Positions 41,701-53,364 of a stretch of DNA of 64,000 bases are shown here, in pieces. The stretch is from Octopus vulgaris (Eukaryota): NCBI GenBank assembly GCA_951406725.2, contig OX597829.1:56792001-56856000 (forward strand), given 5' to 3'. Under the pieces are notes generated by a model. The model worked only from the letters and a program-made list of their open reading frames with translations, did not search any database and was not told the origin of the DNA. Position 1 is the stretch's first letter. Each line of letters starts with the position of its first letter. The translations under genes were made by a program, and so were the position numbers.

Positions 41701-44253
41701 TTAATAATAACAACATCAATTCTACTATAGGCACAAAGCCTGAAATTTGGGAGAGAGGACTAGTTGATTACATTAACCCCAGTGCATAACTAGTATTTAT
41801 TTCATCGACCCCAAAAGGATGAAAGGCAAAGTCAATTTTGCAGAACATAAAGGCAGATGAAATACCGCTAAGCATTTTGTGCTGCATGTTAATGATTCTG
41901 CCAGTGTGTGTGTGAGAGTATGAACACGTATATCAATTTAGCAAAATGAAATAAATTGTTGATAACCTATTTTCATCAGGTTCTATTTTTACATTTTTCC
42001 AGCACAAAATATTTGCAACAAAATTAGTGAGATAGATTTCTGTGAAGGTTCAGACATTCACATGTGCCATCGAGACAATTACATTGCTTTTATAGTTGAA
42101 AGCAAATGAGACTATGCAGCATTCATTCCTTTCTCAGGGTTAAATGGTTACTACCTGGTAACCAAAAGGTTTACTTGAAAACTTTTTAAAGCAGGTGTTT
42201 TACACTTAAAAATTTTTTTATCAAATTATTATTAGCAATGCCACATTATTAGAACTGTCTCTAAACTGACTTTTGCTACATTCCTGACAACAATATTGGT
42301 TAATTCTTCTTTGGGACATTTCTGTTAGTTGATATAATTTTCTAAAACCTATGAAAGTGTTGCTTCAGTATGGTCATAGTTCAATAACCAATAGAAGAAA
42401 TGAATAATTGTTTACTGTCACCTCACTCCTCACATTGTTAACATGGAAAAAAAACTGGCGTATATTAAATTTAAAATTAAACTTAATTTTCACAAGAATA
42501 TTCTTAATGTTAGCATATAATTTAAGCAAGAAATATTTCACAACAAAAATTTAAATACAAAACATGGAAGGGTGTATGTATAATTTTATTGACAGTGACT
42601 TCAAAAGCTCATTGATAGCAATGATACCAATGATACTGAAACTTTGAAGTTCCTGACAATATAATTATTAACAACATGCAACTCTATACTTGTAGTGAGT
42701 TTGTTTTTTTTTCAGTTAATGTTGGAAGATTTTATAAAATATTTTTATTATAAAAACAATCTCTAACTATATATCTGTATACATATCTCTTTCTGAATAT
42801 TTAAAAAAATATAAAAATATTATTGAAAGTATTATTTAAACAACAATGCAATTTCATGGTCTCGTTTGTATGAAGTTTAGAACATTAGGAGTATTCCCAT
42901 GACACAGAATGAAATGAAAAATTTAAGTTTCAAACAGATGTTTTTGCACATGGCACTCGCAAGATCTCTTTTTAAAAGGAAAAAAAAAAAAAAAAATAAA
43001 GATAAGACTTTTCTTCAAAACTTTCATATAATATTTCAAAATATATTCAAACAACAGATGGCTCAGAATACCAGCTGAATATATATGTGTGTATGTGTGT
43101 GTACAGATTGATTATATATATGTATATATGTGTGTGTGCGTGTGCACAGATGTCACATAATGTTTATAAGTAAATATCATTGCCATACAAAATGAGGTCG
43201 TTTGTTTACAATCTTCCATGAAAAATAATACATTTGTTTGCAACAGGAAGAGTATCTGGCCACAGAAAATCTGCCTCAACAAATTCTGTCAGACCCAAAG
43301 AAGCAAGGAAAGGTGGATGCTAAATGATGCCTGCCTATGCATCCTCATCATCATCATTAAACATCCGTTTTCTAAACAGGCATGGGTTGGACGGTTTGAC
43401 CAGAGTTGGTAAGGCCACACAAACTTCACTGTCTTTTCTGGTTTGGTTTCTACAGCTGGATGCCCTTCCTAACCACTTTACAGAGTGTGGACTGGGTGCA
43501 TTTTTATGTGGCACCAGGACACCATCTTCACAGTTGGACTTATTTTTTTTAAAGCTTGGTACTTATTCTACCAGTTGCTTTGGCCAAACTGCTAAGTTAT
43601 GGAGATGTAAATTACATCAACACCAATTATCATGTGGTGGTGTGGGACAAACACACACACACGACAGGCTTCTTTCAGTTTCTCTCTACCAAATCCAGTC
43701 ACAAAGCTTTGACCAGCCCAAGGTGCCACAGAATGGGATTGAACCTGGAACCATGTGGTTGGGAAGTAAACTTCTCACCACACAGCCATGCCTGTGTCTA
43801 TATACATGTGTACACACACAGAGCCTACAGAGTGAGTACAGATAAAATAAGCCCCGATATTGTCTCCTCACTCCTCAACTCGTTAACATGGAAAAACTGG
43901 TTTTAAAAAGAATTAGTTTTGTTGTTGTTCAGTTCATTACAAACTATAGATTCTTAGCTCTGTTTACACCATAAACATTGTTTAAATGGAATTCTTGTTC
44001 TAAAATACTTTTCTGACTGACTGTTCTGGATTCCTGAATTCTTGCACTCAACAGATTCAATGATAGAAGAAATGTAAAAATAATGACATTGGTTTTGAAA
44101 GTAAAAATTATGATGGTGGTGGTGGTTATACGATGGTGTTGATATTGATGGTAGTGATGATGATGATGATGATGATGATGATGGTTATATCAGCATTAGT
44201 AGAAGTGGTGAGAATGATGATGATGATGGCTAAAGGGTTTTTGCTTAACTTAC

Positions 44254-44342
44254 AGCAAGATCATCAAGGTTGAATTCTCCATACTCCCTTCTAGTTCCTT
44301 TCCCATTGGTGAGGATGCCACAGCCACTCATCATTATTGTTC
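44254..44342 (-). CDS. NEURL4: NEURL4 exon, NHR2 ([30 protein letters not shown])
   Basis: tgcag|GA, GCT|gtaag; 89 nt, phase 1 to 0. Confidence 0.93.
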
Positions 44343-44391
44343 CTGCAAAGGATAAGATACAAACAAAATGTCTAAATAAGCAAAGAATTAC

Positions 44392-44429
<38 letters not shown>

Positions 44430-44646
44430 TAGGGTATGAAAACGGTACTGGTGTTAGAAAGACCCAAAAGGTATCGGGTAAATGCTAAGTAAGTGCTATG
44501 GATAGATCATGGTTAAGCTCCAGGCTTGATAATGATACGTGGAGTCCAACATGGGTCATGTATTAGCATGCATATATATAAATTGACAGAATGGCATAAA
44601 AAAAACCCAAAGCACTAAATAGATTTCATAACATTTATCAAGAAAG

Positions 44647-44694
44647 GTCTTACAGCTGTTTCTGGGATATTTTATATATTCCTTCATCAGAGAC
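44647..44694 (-). ncRNA. Minimal hammerhead motif, left arm of fold-back element (sense to NEURL4 pre-mRNA)
   Basis: Minus strand reads GTCT-CTGATGA-AGGAATAT-ATAAA-ATATCCCA-GAAA-CAGCTG-TA-AGAC; stem I GTCT/AGAC is perfect. Confidence 0.72.
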
Positions 44695-44946
44695 GGTGTG
44701 AGAAAATGTTTGAGCATTAATTATTGTAGAGAAGATATGAAATACAGAAGAAAGTAAGAGAGTTAATATAGAAGTGAGATACATAAGGATATTGTATTTG
44801 CAGTTCCATTATTGAAGTAGAATGGTGTATATAAGTGGTTCAAATACAATATCTTTATGTATCTCACTTCTATATTCATTCTCTTACTTCCTTCTGTATT
44901 TCATATCTTCTCTACAATAATTAATACTCAAACATTTTCTCACACC

Positions 44947-44994
44947 GTTTCTGATGAAGGGATATATAAAATATCCCAGAAACAGCTGTAAGAC
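44947..44994 (+). ncRNA. Minimal hammerhead motif, right arm of fold-back element
   Basis: GTTT-CTGATGA-A-GGGATAT-ATAAA-ATATCCC-A-GAAA-CAGCTG-TA-AGAC: palindromic stem III ACAGCTGT; non-canonical A/A at the base of stem II. Confidence 0.72.
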
Positions 44995-45046
44995 CTTTTC
45001 TTGATATTTACTGCCTTGGTTTTTTTTCATCTCATTCTGTCAATTT

Positions 45047-45096
<50 letters not shown>

Positions 45097-45207
45097 TATT
45101 GTCTTATATAGATATATTTTATATAGATATGTCCTTATAGACATATATATATATATATATATCTTATATAGATATGTGTGTGTGTGTGTGTATGTAAATA
45201 TATACCT

Positions 45208-45930
45208 TATATGTATATAATTAAGAGAAATAACCTCTATTAAGTAATTCAATTGATAGTGAAAGATATTATCTATATTAAATCATATGGAAACATTTTT
45301 TAATATATATTAATAAATATTATTCCAAAAATCACTAAATTAAATAAACATTAAATTGACTATGCGTGATTTGTGACTATATCTTTAAATTGATACGATT
45401 AAAATTAATTTGATTTAGCCACTCTTCAGGTTTAAAATAATAAAATAAATGTATGTATCTTAAAATATAATAATTAAAAAATAAATATAGAAATATACGT
45501 ATCATAACAATAAATAATCGAATAAAATGTAATGATATTAATGAAAAATAAAATCATAACTTATCTTATTGAAGAATACCAGTTAACTGAAATTTGTCAT
45601 GTGAAAACATGACGTAAATAATAACTATAGAATAAATAAATAGAAATATGTATTTTAGCTGTGAAAATGACAAATAAACTAGATTTAATATACCATTTAC
45701 TGGAAAAATTCTAAATTCTCAATAAGTTAAAACTAAAATACATAAAATACATATATATTTATATATTCCTTCATCAGAGTCAATTTAATGTTTATTTAAT
45801 TTAGTGATTTTTAGAATAATATCTATAATAATATATTTAAATTTTTTCCATATGATTTAATATTGAAAATATCTTTCACTATCAATTGAATTACTTAATA
45901 GAGGTTATTTCTCTTAATTATATACATATA
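45208..45930. repeat. Long inverted repeat (arms about 155 bp, spacer about 415 bp)
   Basis: 45208-45361 is the reverse complement of 45778-45930 with scattered mismatches; minus-strand CTGATGA half-core at 45771-45777. Confidence 0.75.
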
Positions 45931-46024
45931 TTATATATTGTGAAATTTGATTTAGAATTGCTAAATTGAATTTTTTCCTGTAAATTTGGAATTTTATATT
46001 CCCTACTATTATTAATATATATAT

Positions 46025-46098
<74 letters not shown>

Positions 46099-47056
46099 TA
46101 AGAAAATGGAGGGGACCAATAGGAGGTATTCATCAACTTTTAGACATTATAACAATATACATACATGTATAACATATTATGCTTTACATATATAATGTAT
46201 AAAACATAAAAATATCAATAGCCAAGAGGTAAAAATACCTCCTTCTACTTTTATCCCACCAGTGGACTGAAGTAATTAGTAGATGAGATTGAGGTACTTG
46301 GGTGGTTCTCTAGGCTTCGTCAGAGATTATAAAAAGTACACAATGTTAAGTTATAAATATAAATACACACACATACACATACTTTTACATATACATACAC
46401 ATACATATACCTACACTTAAATGTACATGCATATGTACATATATATGCATACAAATGAATCAATTATTATTATTAGATACATTATATTATTCATATTAGA
46501 TAAAATATGAACACAGGTATGAGAAAGTTATTATGAGAGGAGTAACATTGCAATTTATAAAATCAATATATCCTAAGATTATTTTAGTTGTGTAAGAATG
46601 AAACTGTATATACATGAGGAACACACACACATATATATATACACACACATACATATTTCCGTACAAACATACAAATTAGGTACATATGTACATCTAATAC
46701 GTATGTACCTATTAAAAATTAAAAATAAAAATTATACTTTGTAATATTAAGAATTAAAATGTATAAATTATACATTATAAATATGAATTAGTATATGTAT
46801 ATATCAACCTTGTAAAGTCAAGTATATAATGTCAAATACAAATTATAGATATAAAATTATACTTCAGAATAAAACTGTGTTTAAATGTGAAATATAACAA
46901 GGAAAATCCAAATACAAATCTTCCTTTTTTGCTGGTACCAGGATTATTTTTCAAAATAGCAATTAGAGGAAGAAGATAGCAGAGAACTATGGGAATTTAT
47001 AGGTGATTTGTACCATTTACCCTTGGTACTAATCACCTATAAATTAATAAATATAC

Positions 47057-47100
<44 letters not shown>

Positions 47101-47141
47101 GTATATTTATTAATTAATTATTTTATTATTGTAATTATCTT

Positions 47142-47248
47142 TAACCTGATGAGTGGCTATATTTATATCAAAGTGATTTTACTACTACTACTACTAATAT
47201 TTTTACTGTAATCATTTCTTAAATATAGCCACGAAACACATGTCGTTA
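47142..47248 (+). ncRNA. Minimal type-I hammerhead ribozyme motif (Penelope-like-element type)
   Basis: TAAC-CTGATGA-GTGGCTATATTTA...TAAATATAGCCAC-GAAA-CACATG-TC-GTTA: 4-bp stem I, perfect 13-bp stem II, intact core, GUC site at 47242-47244. Confidence 0.8.
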
Positions 47249-48437
47249 TTCTACCAAATATATACGTTTTACTTATTATTTTGCACATTACTTAATTATC
47301 GTTATATTTTTTATCTTATATTTAATCTTTCTATAATATGTAATTTTCTAGATGGTGTAATTTAATTTTGAATTGATAAAAGGTGGTTTTTTTCTAATTT
47401 GTATATATATATATAAACTTATGTCTTGTTGTTTGGTTAAAAAGCTTGCTTCATAATCACAATGTTGTAGATACAATCCTACTCAGGCAAGTGTCTTCTA
47501 TTAGTTTTCCAGGTCAACGATTGCCTTGTAATTGAATTTGATCAATGCAAACTATACAAAACCGCATCAAATGTATGAGTGAGCATCTAAAGAAATCGGT
47601 ACTAATCCAAACAAGTAACAGTACAGAAGTAAAAAATGAAGTTGAAAATGCAAAGAAAAAATATGAAGATTTAGTTTAGATTTTAATGTACATACACAAA
47701 TACTGGTTTCGTATTTGATTTTCAAAAGTATATGTCATGTAGAACTATGTTGCAAAATGTTGCATAATGTCTCCCAGCTATAATCCAGTTGATATTTTTT
47801 GCTTATTTTTGCATAGAATGTTTTCTTTTTCTTTTATGCAAGCTGCCAAATTTAGCCTGAACACCCTGTGTGTGTCCACATGAGCATGTGTATTTATATT
47901 TAAAATCTATACCATGGCTTCAAATACAATGCGGTTAATGTTTTATTAAATTGTTGCAAGTCGAGTGGATATTAGCCATCCAGCATGAAACTGATATAAA
48001 TGTACATGTAGAGTTAACTCCCTTCATCTGCATTCTGCTCAGCAAAATAGACACACGAATTCCATGCTTTCATTTTTGTTTACGTTCCTAGTTTACACGA
48101 ATCTCATTGAGGCATCGTTTTAAAGCAAAAGATGCACAACTTGTTGCTAACTCTTGCCTGTTTTTTCAACTATGGGATCTCATATTCAGCATAGCTTCAA
48201 AAGCGGGAAGTGAGTGGGTGGTTTGTTTACAAGACAACTGACAACAAATAACATTGTCCGGATTTAACAACTTCCGTAAAAACAAGCAACTTGCAAAAAA
48301 AAACAAAAACACATCGACTCAAGGACATAGAAGAATTGGCAAAGGAAAAAGAAGAGGGAAAGAAGAAATAGAAACGGGGAGAGCAGTAAGGAATGAGAAC
48401 ACGGAGAGAAAAGATAAAGGTAAAGTAGAGAGGACAT

Positions 48438-48481
<44 letters not shown>

Positions 48482-48629
48482 GAAAGAAGGGCACTCAACA
48501 AATTATTTGGAGTTACATGTAGGGATCAAAACAGTTGGATCCATTCTCTGAGCATCTTATTAATACTTTGCATGTACCACATCCTCATGTTGTTTTCCCT
48601 TATCTTTTTTCTCCATTGTATGTATGTAT

Positions 48630-48660
<31 letters not shown>

Positions 48661-49370
48661 AAGAGAGAGAGAGAGAAATGGCCACACTCCACAGCTGATT
48701 TGATTCTGTAAATCAACTGAGAATTTGAAAGCAGTCTACCATGTTTACATAAGAGTGTACTTTGAGCAAACCGATGTCTTAAATGAGAAACAGCAGCTAA
48801 ATCTCTTGCAAAGCACGCTCTGCCATTGTAAAAGGAAGGTATCCATTGGATAATGTAGTCCTAGATACATTGATTCTGATTAAAAACTAAACGACAAAGG
48901 TCTCAGTTCAATCAGCTTGACCATAGACCTGCAGGATCAAGGCTGACCAGGTGCAAAAACAACACAGGTGGTTCGGTGTTGTTACTCAATTTGCTTGAAA
49001 TAGCAGCCAAAATCTCCTTCAACTAACACTCTAATGTATCACAAAAAACGAAGAACACATTGATTAATGTAGATCTAAATACATACTGTCTGAATAAAAG
49101 AAACAGGACAGTCATGGCTGGAATGCCTTTTATCATAAGATTGTTTCATTAGGACTGAACTGGTGCTAAATAACATCAACACGTGTGTGTTACAAAAAAG
49201 CAAAAGACGAAGACAGGTGAAGGAACAAGCAGGTGTAATAGTTTAATGCTTGGGAAGAATGGAAAAGTCTTTGACACTTTGATCCTATGTTCTTTGACAT
49301 AGGGTTGAGAGGAAAAGAAATGGTGAGAGAAAAAAACGTGTAGGGATTAATGATTCAACTAAATGTATGT

Positions 49371-49652
49371 AAACAATTGCAGCATGGAAGGTGTTTATAA
49401 GCCATTTAAAAAGACACAAAAAAACCGTTAGATTCACTCCAACATTTAAGTTTAATTTGGCAAAATATTTTTGTCGGTTTGAGACCGCAACCTGTTCACT
49501 GGCAAAATTCCGTGCTGCATCAGTGAACAGGTTGCAGTCTCAAAGCGAAGAAAATATTTTGGCAAATTAAATTTAAATGTCAAAGTGAATCTAATGGTTT
49601 ACTTTGTGTGTTTTTAAATGGCTTATAAACACATTCCACATTGCAATTGTTT
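49371..49652. repeat. Imperfect long hairpin (arms about 131 bp, 19-nt loop)
   Basis: 49371-49501 pairs with 49521-49652 (e.g. GTGTTTATAAGCCATTTAAAA / TTTTAAATGGCTTATAAACAC). Confidence 0.8.
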
Positions 49653-50377
49653 TTGTTTCAGCACATGATCTTAGATCAGGTCACTTGCTATGCAAGTACA
49701 TCTCCATAAAAATATATATATTTGCATTAAGAAGAAGCAACAAAATGACTCAAGGACCAGGACTTTCATGCATTGGCACTCATCAAAAGATGAAACTCTC
49801 AGCCCTTGAGTCACTCTGTTGCTTCAGCTAAACATGCACATACACACACAAAAGTTGATGCATTCGACTAAAATATTCTTTAGAGCAGTACCCCAGCATG
49901 GCTGCAGTCTAATGTCTGAAACAAAAGCTAAAAGATAAACACACACACATGGTAACATGTAGACACATATACTTACAAGTGAGTGTGTGTGTGATATACA
50001 TATATAAGATAAATGACAAATGAATAAAATTGTCTTTTATTCATTAAACTTCCGGCGATGTTGAATTGACAGCAGATTAAGAGGAGAAAACATAAAATAC
50101 TTATAGTATAGTAGCATACATTATCGATGCTCTATGGAAATATACCTCTTTATATGATTTGTGTAGAAATATGTATAGCAACAAAACCAATACACCATAT
50201 CAACATACATGATACACACACACTCACAAAGTATGATCTTTGAAATCAAAACATTTGTTAAGTACCGAGTGATGGTAAAACATAATAAGCAATCTTGGAG
50301 TAAAATTGTAAACACATGACAAATTCTAGGGGGGAAAGGGATACAAGACAAAAAAAAAAAAAAGAAGACAATATTAC

Positions 50378-50489
50378 CTGATCTCATATTTGTCATAGTT
50401 GGAGGAAAATCTAATAATGTAGGATTATGGGTTGTAACACCAACTTCTATGGAACCAGACCATTTATCTACAAGTTCATCAAGTCGAAT
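50378..50489 (-). CDS. NEURL4: NEURL4 exon, NHR2 ([37 protein letters not shown])
   Basis: ttag|ATT, G|gtaat; 112 nt, phase 0 to 1; translated by hand. Confidence 0.92.
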
Positions 50490-50740
50490 CTAAGGAAGTA
50501 AAGATTGAAAATGTAAAAACTGAATGTAGTTTGTTTCTGAATAAAGTTCTGTTTGTTTGTTTTTGCATTATGGCATCATAAAATAGGCACAAATCATGTA
50601 GGCAGAGGTGTAGTTGTGGGGTTTAAGAAGCTTGTTTTCTAAACATGTTTTGGTTTCAGTCCCACTGTCTTCTACTATAGCTGTGAACTGCTCAAAGTGT
50701 TGTATGGATTTGGTTGACAGAAACTGAAAGAAGCCTATCG

Positions 50741-50777
<37 letters not shown>

Positions 50778-51610
50778 CGCCTTGCCCTGAAATTGCATGG
50801 CACTTATGCGTATCGCCATCAATAAGCAGTGTCCCTCATTTCCAGTTGTCTGTGAAAAATATGTCTGGCCATGAAGAAATATTACTTTATTCATAAACAG
50901 GGGAAGAACAACAGTAGAAAATCTGCTTCAACAAATTCCGTCTGACCCATGCAAGCATGGCAAAGTGGACATTAAAACAGTGAGGATAATAGTTAACAAA
51001 ATCAGGGAATATATTTTTATTTAGGTTGCTGTATTATATGTAGATCATTCAATACTGCTGCAAAATCCTTTCTGAGATTCTTCCTTACCTTTGAACCACA
51101 AGCCAAATGTGCCATATTATTTGATATATTTGTGTTAAGCCTGTAAATTAAATTAACTGCACAGATTTAATGGATTAAACTTCACTAATCCACTTGCACA
51201 CAATCACACACACACAACAAACATTCATTATGCTTTCTTACATCTTGTGCATATTTGAAATTTTTATACTGACACAAGTCCACCCAGTACATACTTTTTT
51301 TGTTGCTTTTGCAGGGAGCAGAGAGAATGGACAATTAAAATGACCCACGTATTTGACTGGTACTTTATTTTAGCATCTTCAGACATTGAAAGAAAGCTGG
51401 CTTTGGTGGTATTTGCACTTAGTCTGTAACTAAACACTTTAACTGATGCTCCACATCAGTGTAGTGGATTCTGCCAATACACTGATATAACCAGAACAGA
51501 CTGTATTCAAAATATTATTATTATCATCTCATATGAGACAAGTCATTGCCAGAATAATTGGGTATGAAATACAAAATCCAGAAAATGCTTATACTACGAA
51601 TACCAATAAC

Positions 51611-52070
51611 CAGGTATGTGCCGTCAGTAATTACTCAGGGTAGGCAGTAGATAAAAGGATAAAAATATATAAAGATAGTCACTATCCATTGCTGGAAAGG
51701 GGATAAAATGGAAATGAGCTAAAACTGAAGGAAAACACACACAAAAATAAGCGAAACACAGCCACTTGACTGAGTCAAAGGCAGATTTACTTCTGCCTTT
51801 ATAGCATGTAAAGAAAACGGTGTTGTAGGAGTGTAGTAGAGCAGTACTATGCGTAGATTAAATACTGAGATTGAAAAGCAGGGGAGAATTATGCCTACCT
51901 AATCTACAAAAACATAGAATATTTTGTATTTTATGCATAGTAATCAGAGTAACCTTCTGAATTTTATTGAATTAGGTGCAAATTTTGCCATAAAAGGAAA
52001 ATGTTGCTATCAATCTATTTTATTCAAGGTAGGCACTGCCTACCTTGCCTACCCTGGTGGCATGTCCCTG
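51611..52070. mobile_element. hAT-type non-autonomous element (different family)
   Basis: Imperfect TIRs CAGGTATGTGCCGTCAG / CTGGTGGCATGTCCCTG, subterminal GGTAGGCA motifs, 8-bp TSD CCAATAAC / ACAATAAC (7/8). Confidence 0.68.
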
Positions 52071-52737
52071 ACAATAACAGACTTCAAGACTTACTCCATG
52101 GCTTTCACACAAATACAGACACATGTTATAAGAATGAAGTTGAGTAGGAGACTCAATCCACCAACTCCTGGCACCTTGGATGTCTCTGGTTTGGTTTTTT
52201 GCTCCTTCTGACCATGAAAGATCATGTACAGCAGCCCTTCTCCCTCGACTAAAAGCTTAAAGAAAGTCCTTATGTAATAATAAGGGCAAATTTTTGTAGG
52301 GGATGAGGGTTGATCAATTGAAACAATAGAAATCTGATAATTAATTTAATTTATAATTGGAAGAAAAATAAGAACAGGTGATTGATGGAATTTGAACCTC
52401 AAATATTGAGGGATCCATGATAAATACAGTAAGTCAACTGGACATGGCACCTAGCTGTTTAGATTGTTCTTAACAACTCTACTGCTCAGAGGGAACTTAT
52501 AAAGTGACTTGTCCACCTGCTAAAAATAATAGCCAAACACCCCTTGAAGCCCGATGTGCTGCATCTTGAAAAGACAGCAACACATTTGATAATATAGTTT
52601 TAGGTATATTAGAAGAAGGACCAGATGGTCATTGTTGAAACACATCTGATCATGGGACAGATCACTCTGAGCTTACCAAGTTCTAAACAACATCTCTGAT
52701 GTTTAAGGAAAATAAAAGCCAAAACGAAAATTCTTAC

Positions 52738-53288
52738 CTCAAAAATTTCATCATCTTTTATTGGTCTGTTTGTCATAACCACACCATTGTTGAACTCGTC
52801 CAACGGTCTTGTTCTTTCTGCTGTTCGTCTGCCATTGGTCAACTTCACAAGTCCACCGCACTTTTCATGGAACACTAATCTTTCATTGGAACGTAAAGTC
52901 TGAGCATCTCCTCCTCCTCCTCCTCCACCCGCTCCCCCTCCTCCTCCTCCACCAGCACCACCCCCATTTCCATTATTGTTTCCACTGCTACCAGCAGCAC
53001 CGGCTGCACTATTACCACCGCCACTGCTACTGCCACTACCACCACCGCCGCCGCCGTTGCTGCTAGCTCCTCCTCCTCCTCCACCCGCTCCTCCTATCAG
53101 AAGGTTCACCGACACAGGTACGTTGTTTGATGTTGTGCTGGCATTGTCGTTAAGTGCACTGTTGAAGTTTGGCTCCATAACAACTGCTGAACTGTTGCCA
53201 GTGGCTTGACTTAAATTACTGGCGACTTGATTAGATAACACTGCCAAATATTCATTGGCAATTTCATTAACGATATTGCTATTGAAGG
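52738..53288 (-). CDS. NEURL4: NEURL4 exon: Asn/Gly-rich linker plus start of NHR2 ([39 protein letters not shown])
   Basis: Long polypyrimidine tract, acag|CC acceptor, GAG|gtaag donor; 551 nt, phase 1 to 0. Confidence 0.88.
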
Positions 53289-53364
53289 CTGTATGGTGGC
53301 GGAGGAAATGGAAGGAAGAAAAGAGAAAAAGAGAAAAAAAAAGGATAAGTTGAAGAATTATATG

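Larger units (their letters stand above)
44573..45050. repeat. Fold-back long inverted repeat flanked by (TA)n, probable Penelope-like element remnant
   Basis: Core arms about 44636-44800 and 44841-45006, plus outer arms (AATTGACAGAATG / CATTCTGTCAATT); hammerhead motif in each arm. Confidence 0.8.

Noticed and set aside
46300-46330. Minus-strand CTGACGA half core
   Set aside because: No matching stem II 3' strand plus GAAA found downstream
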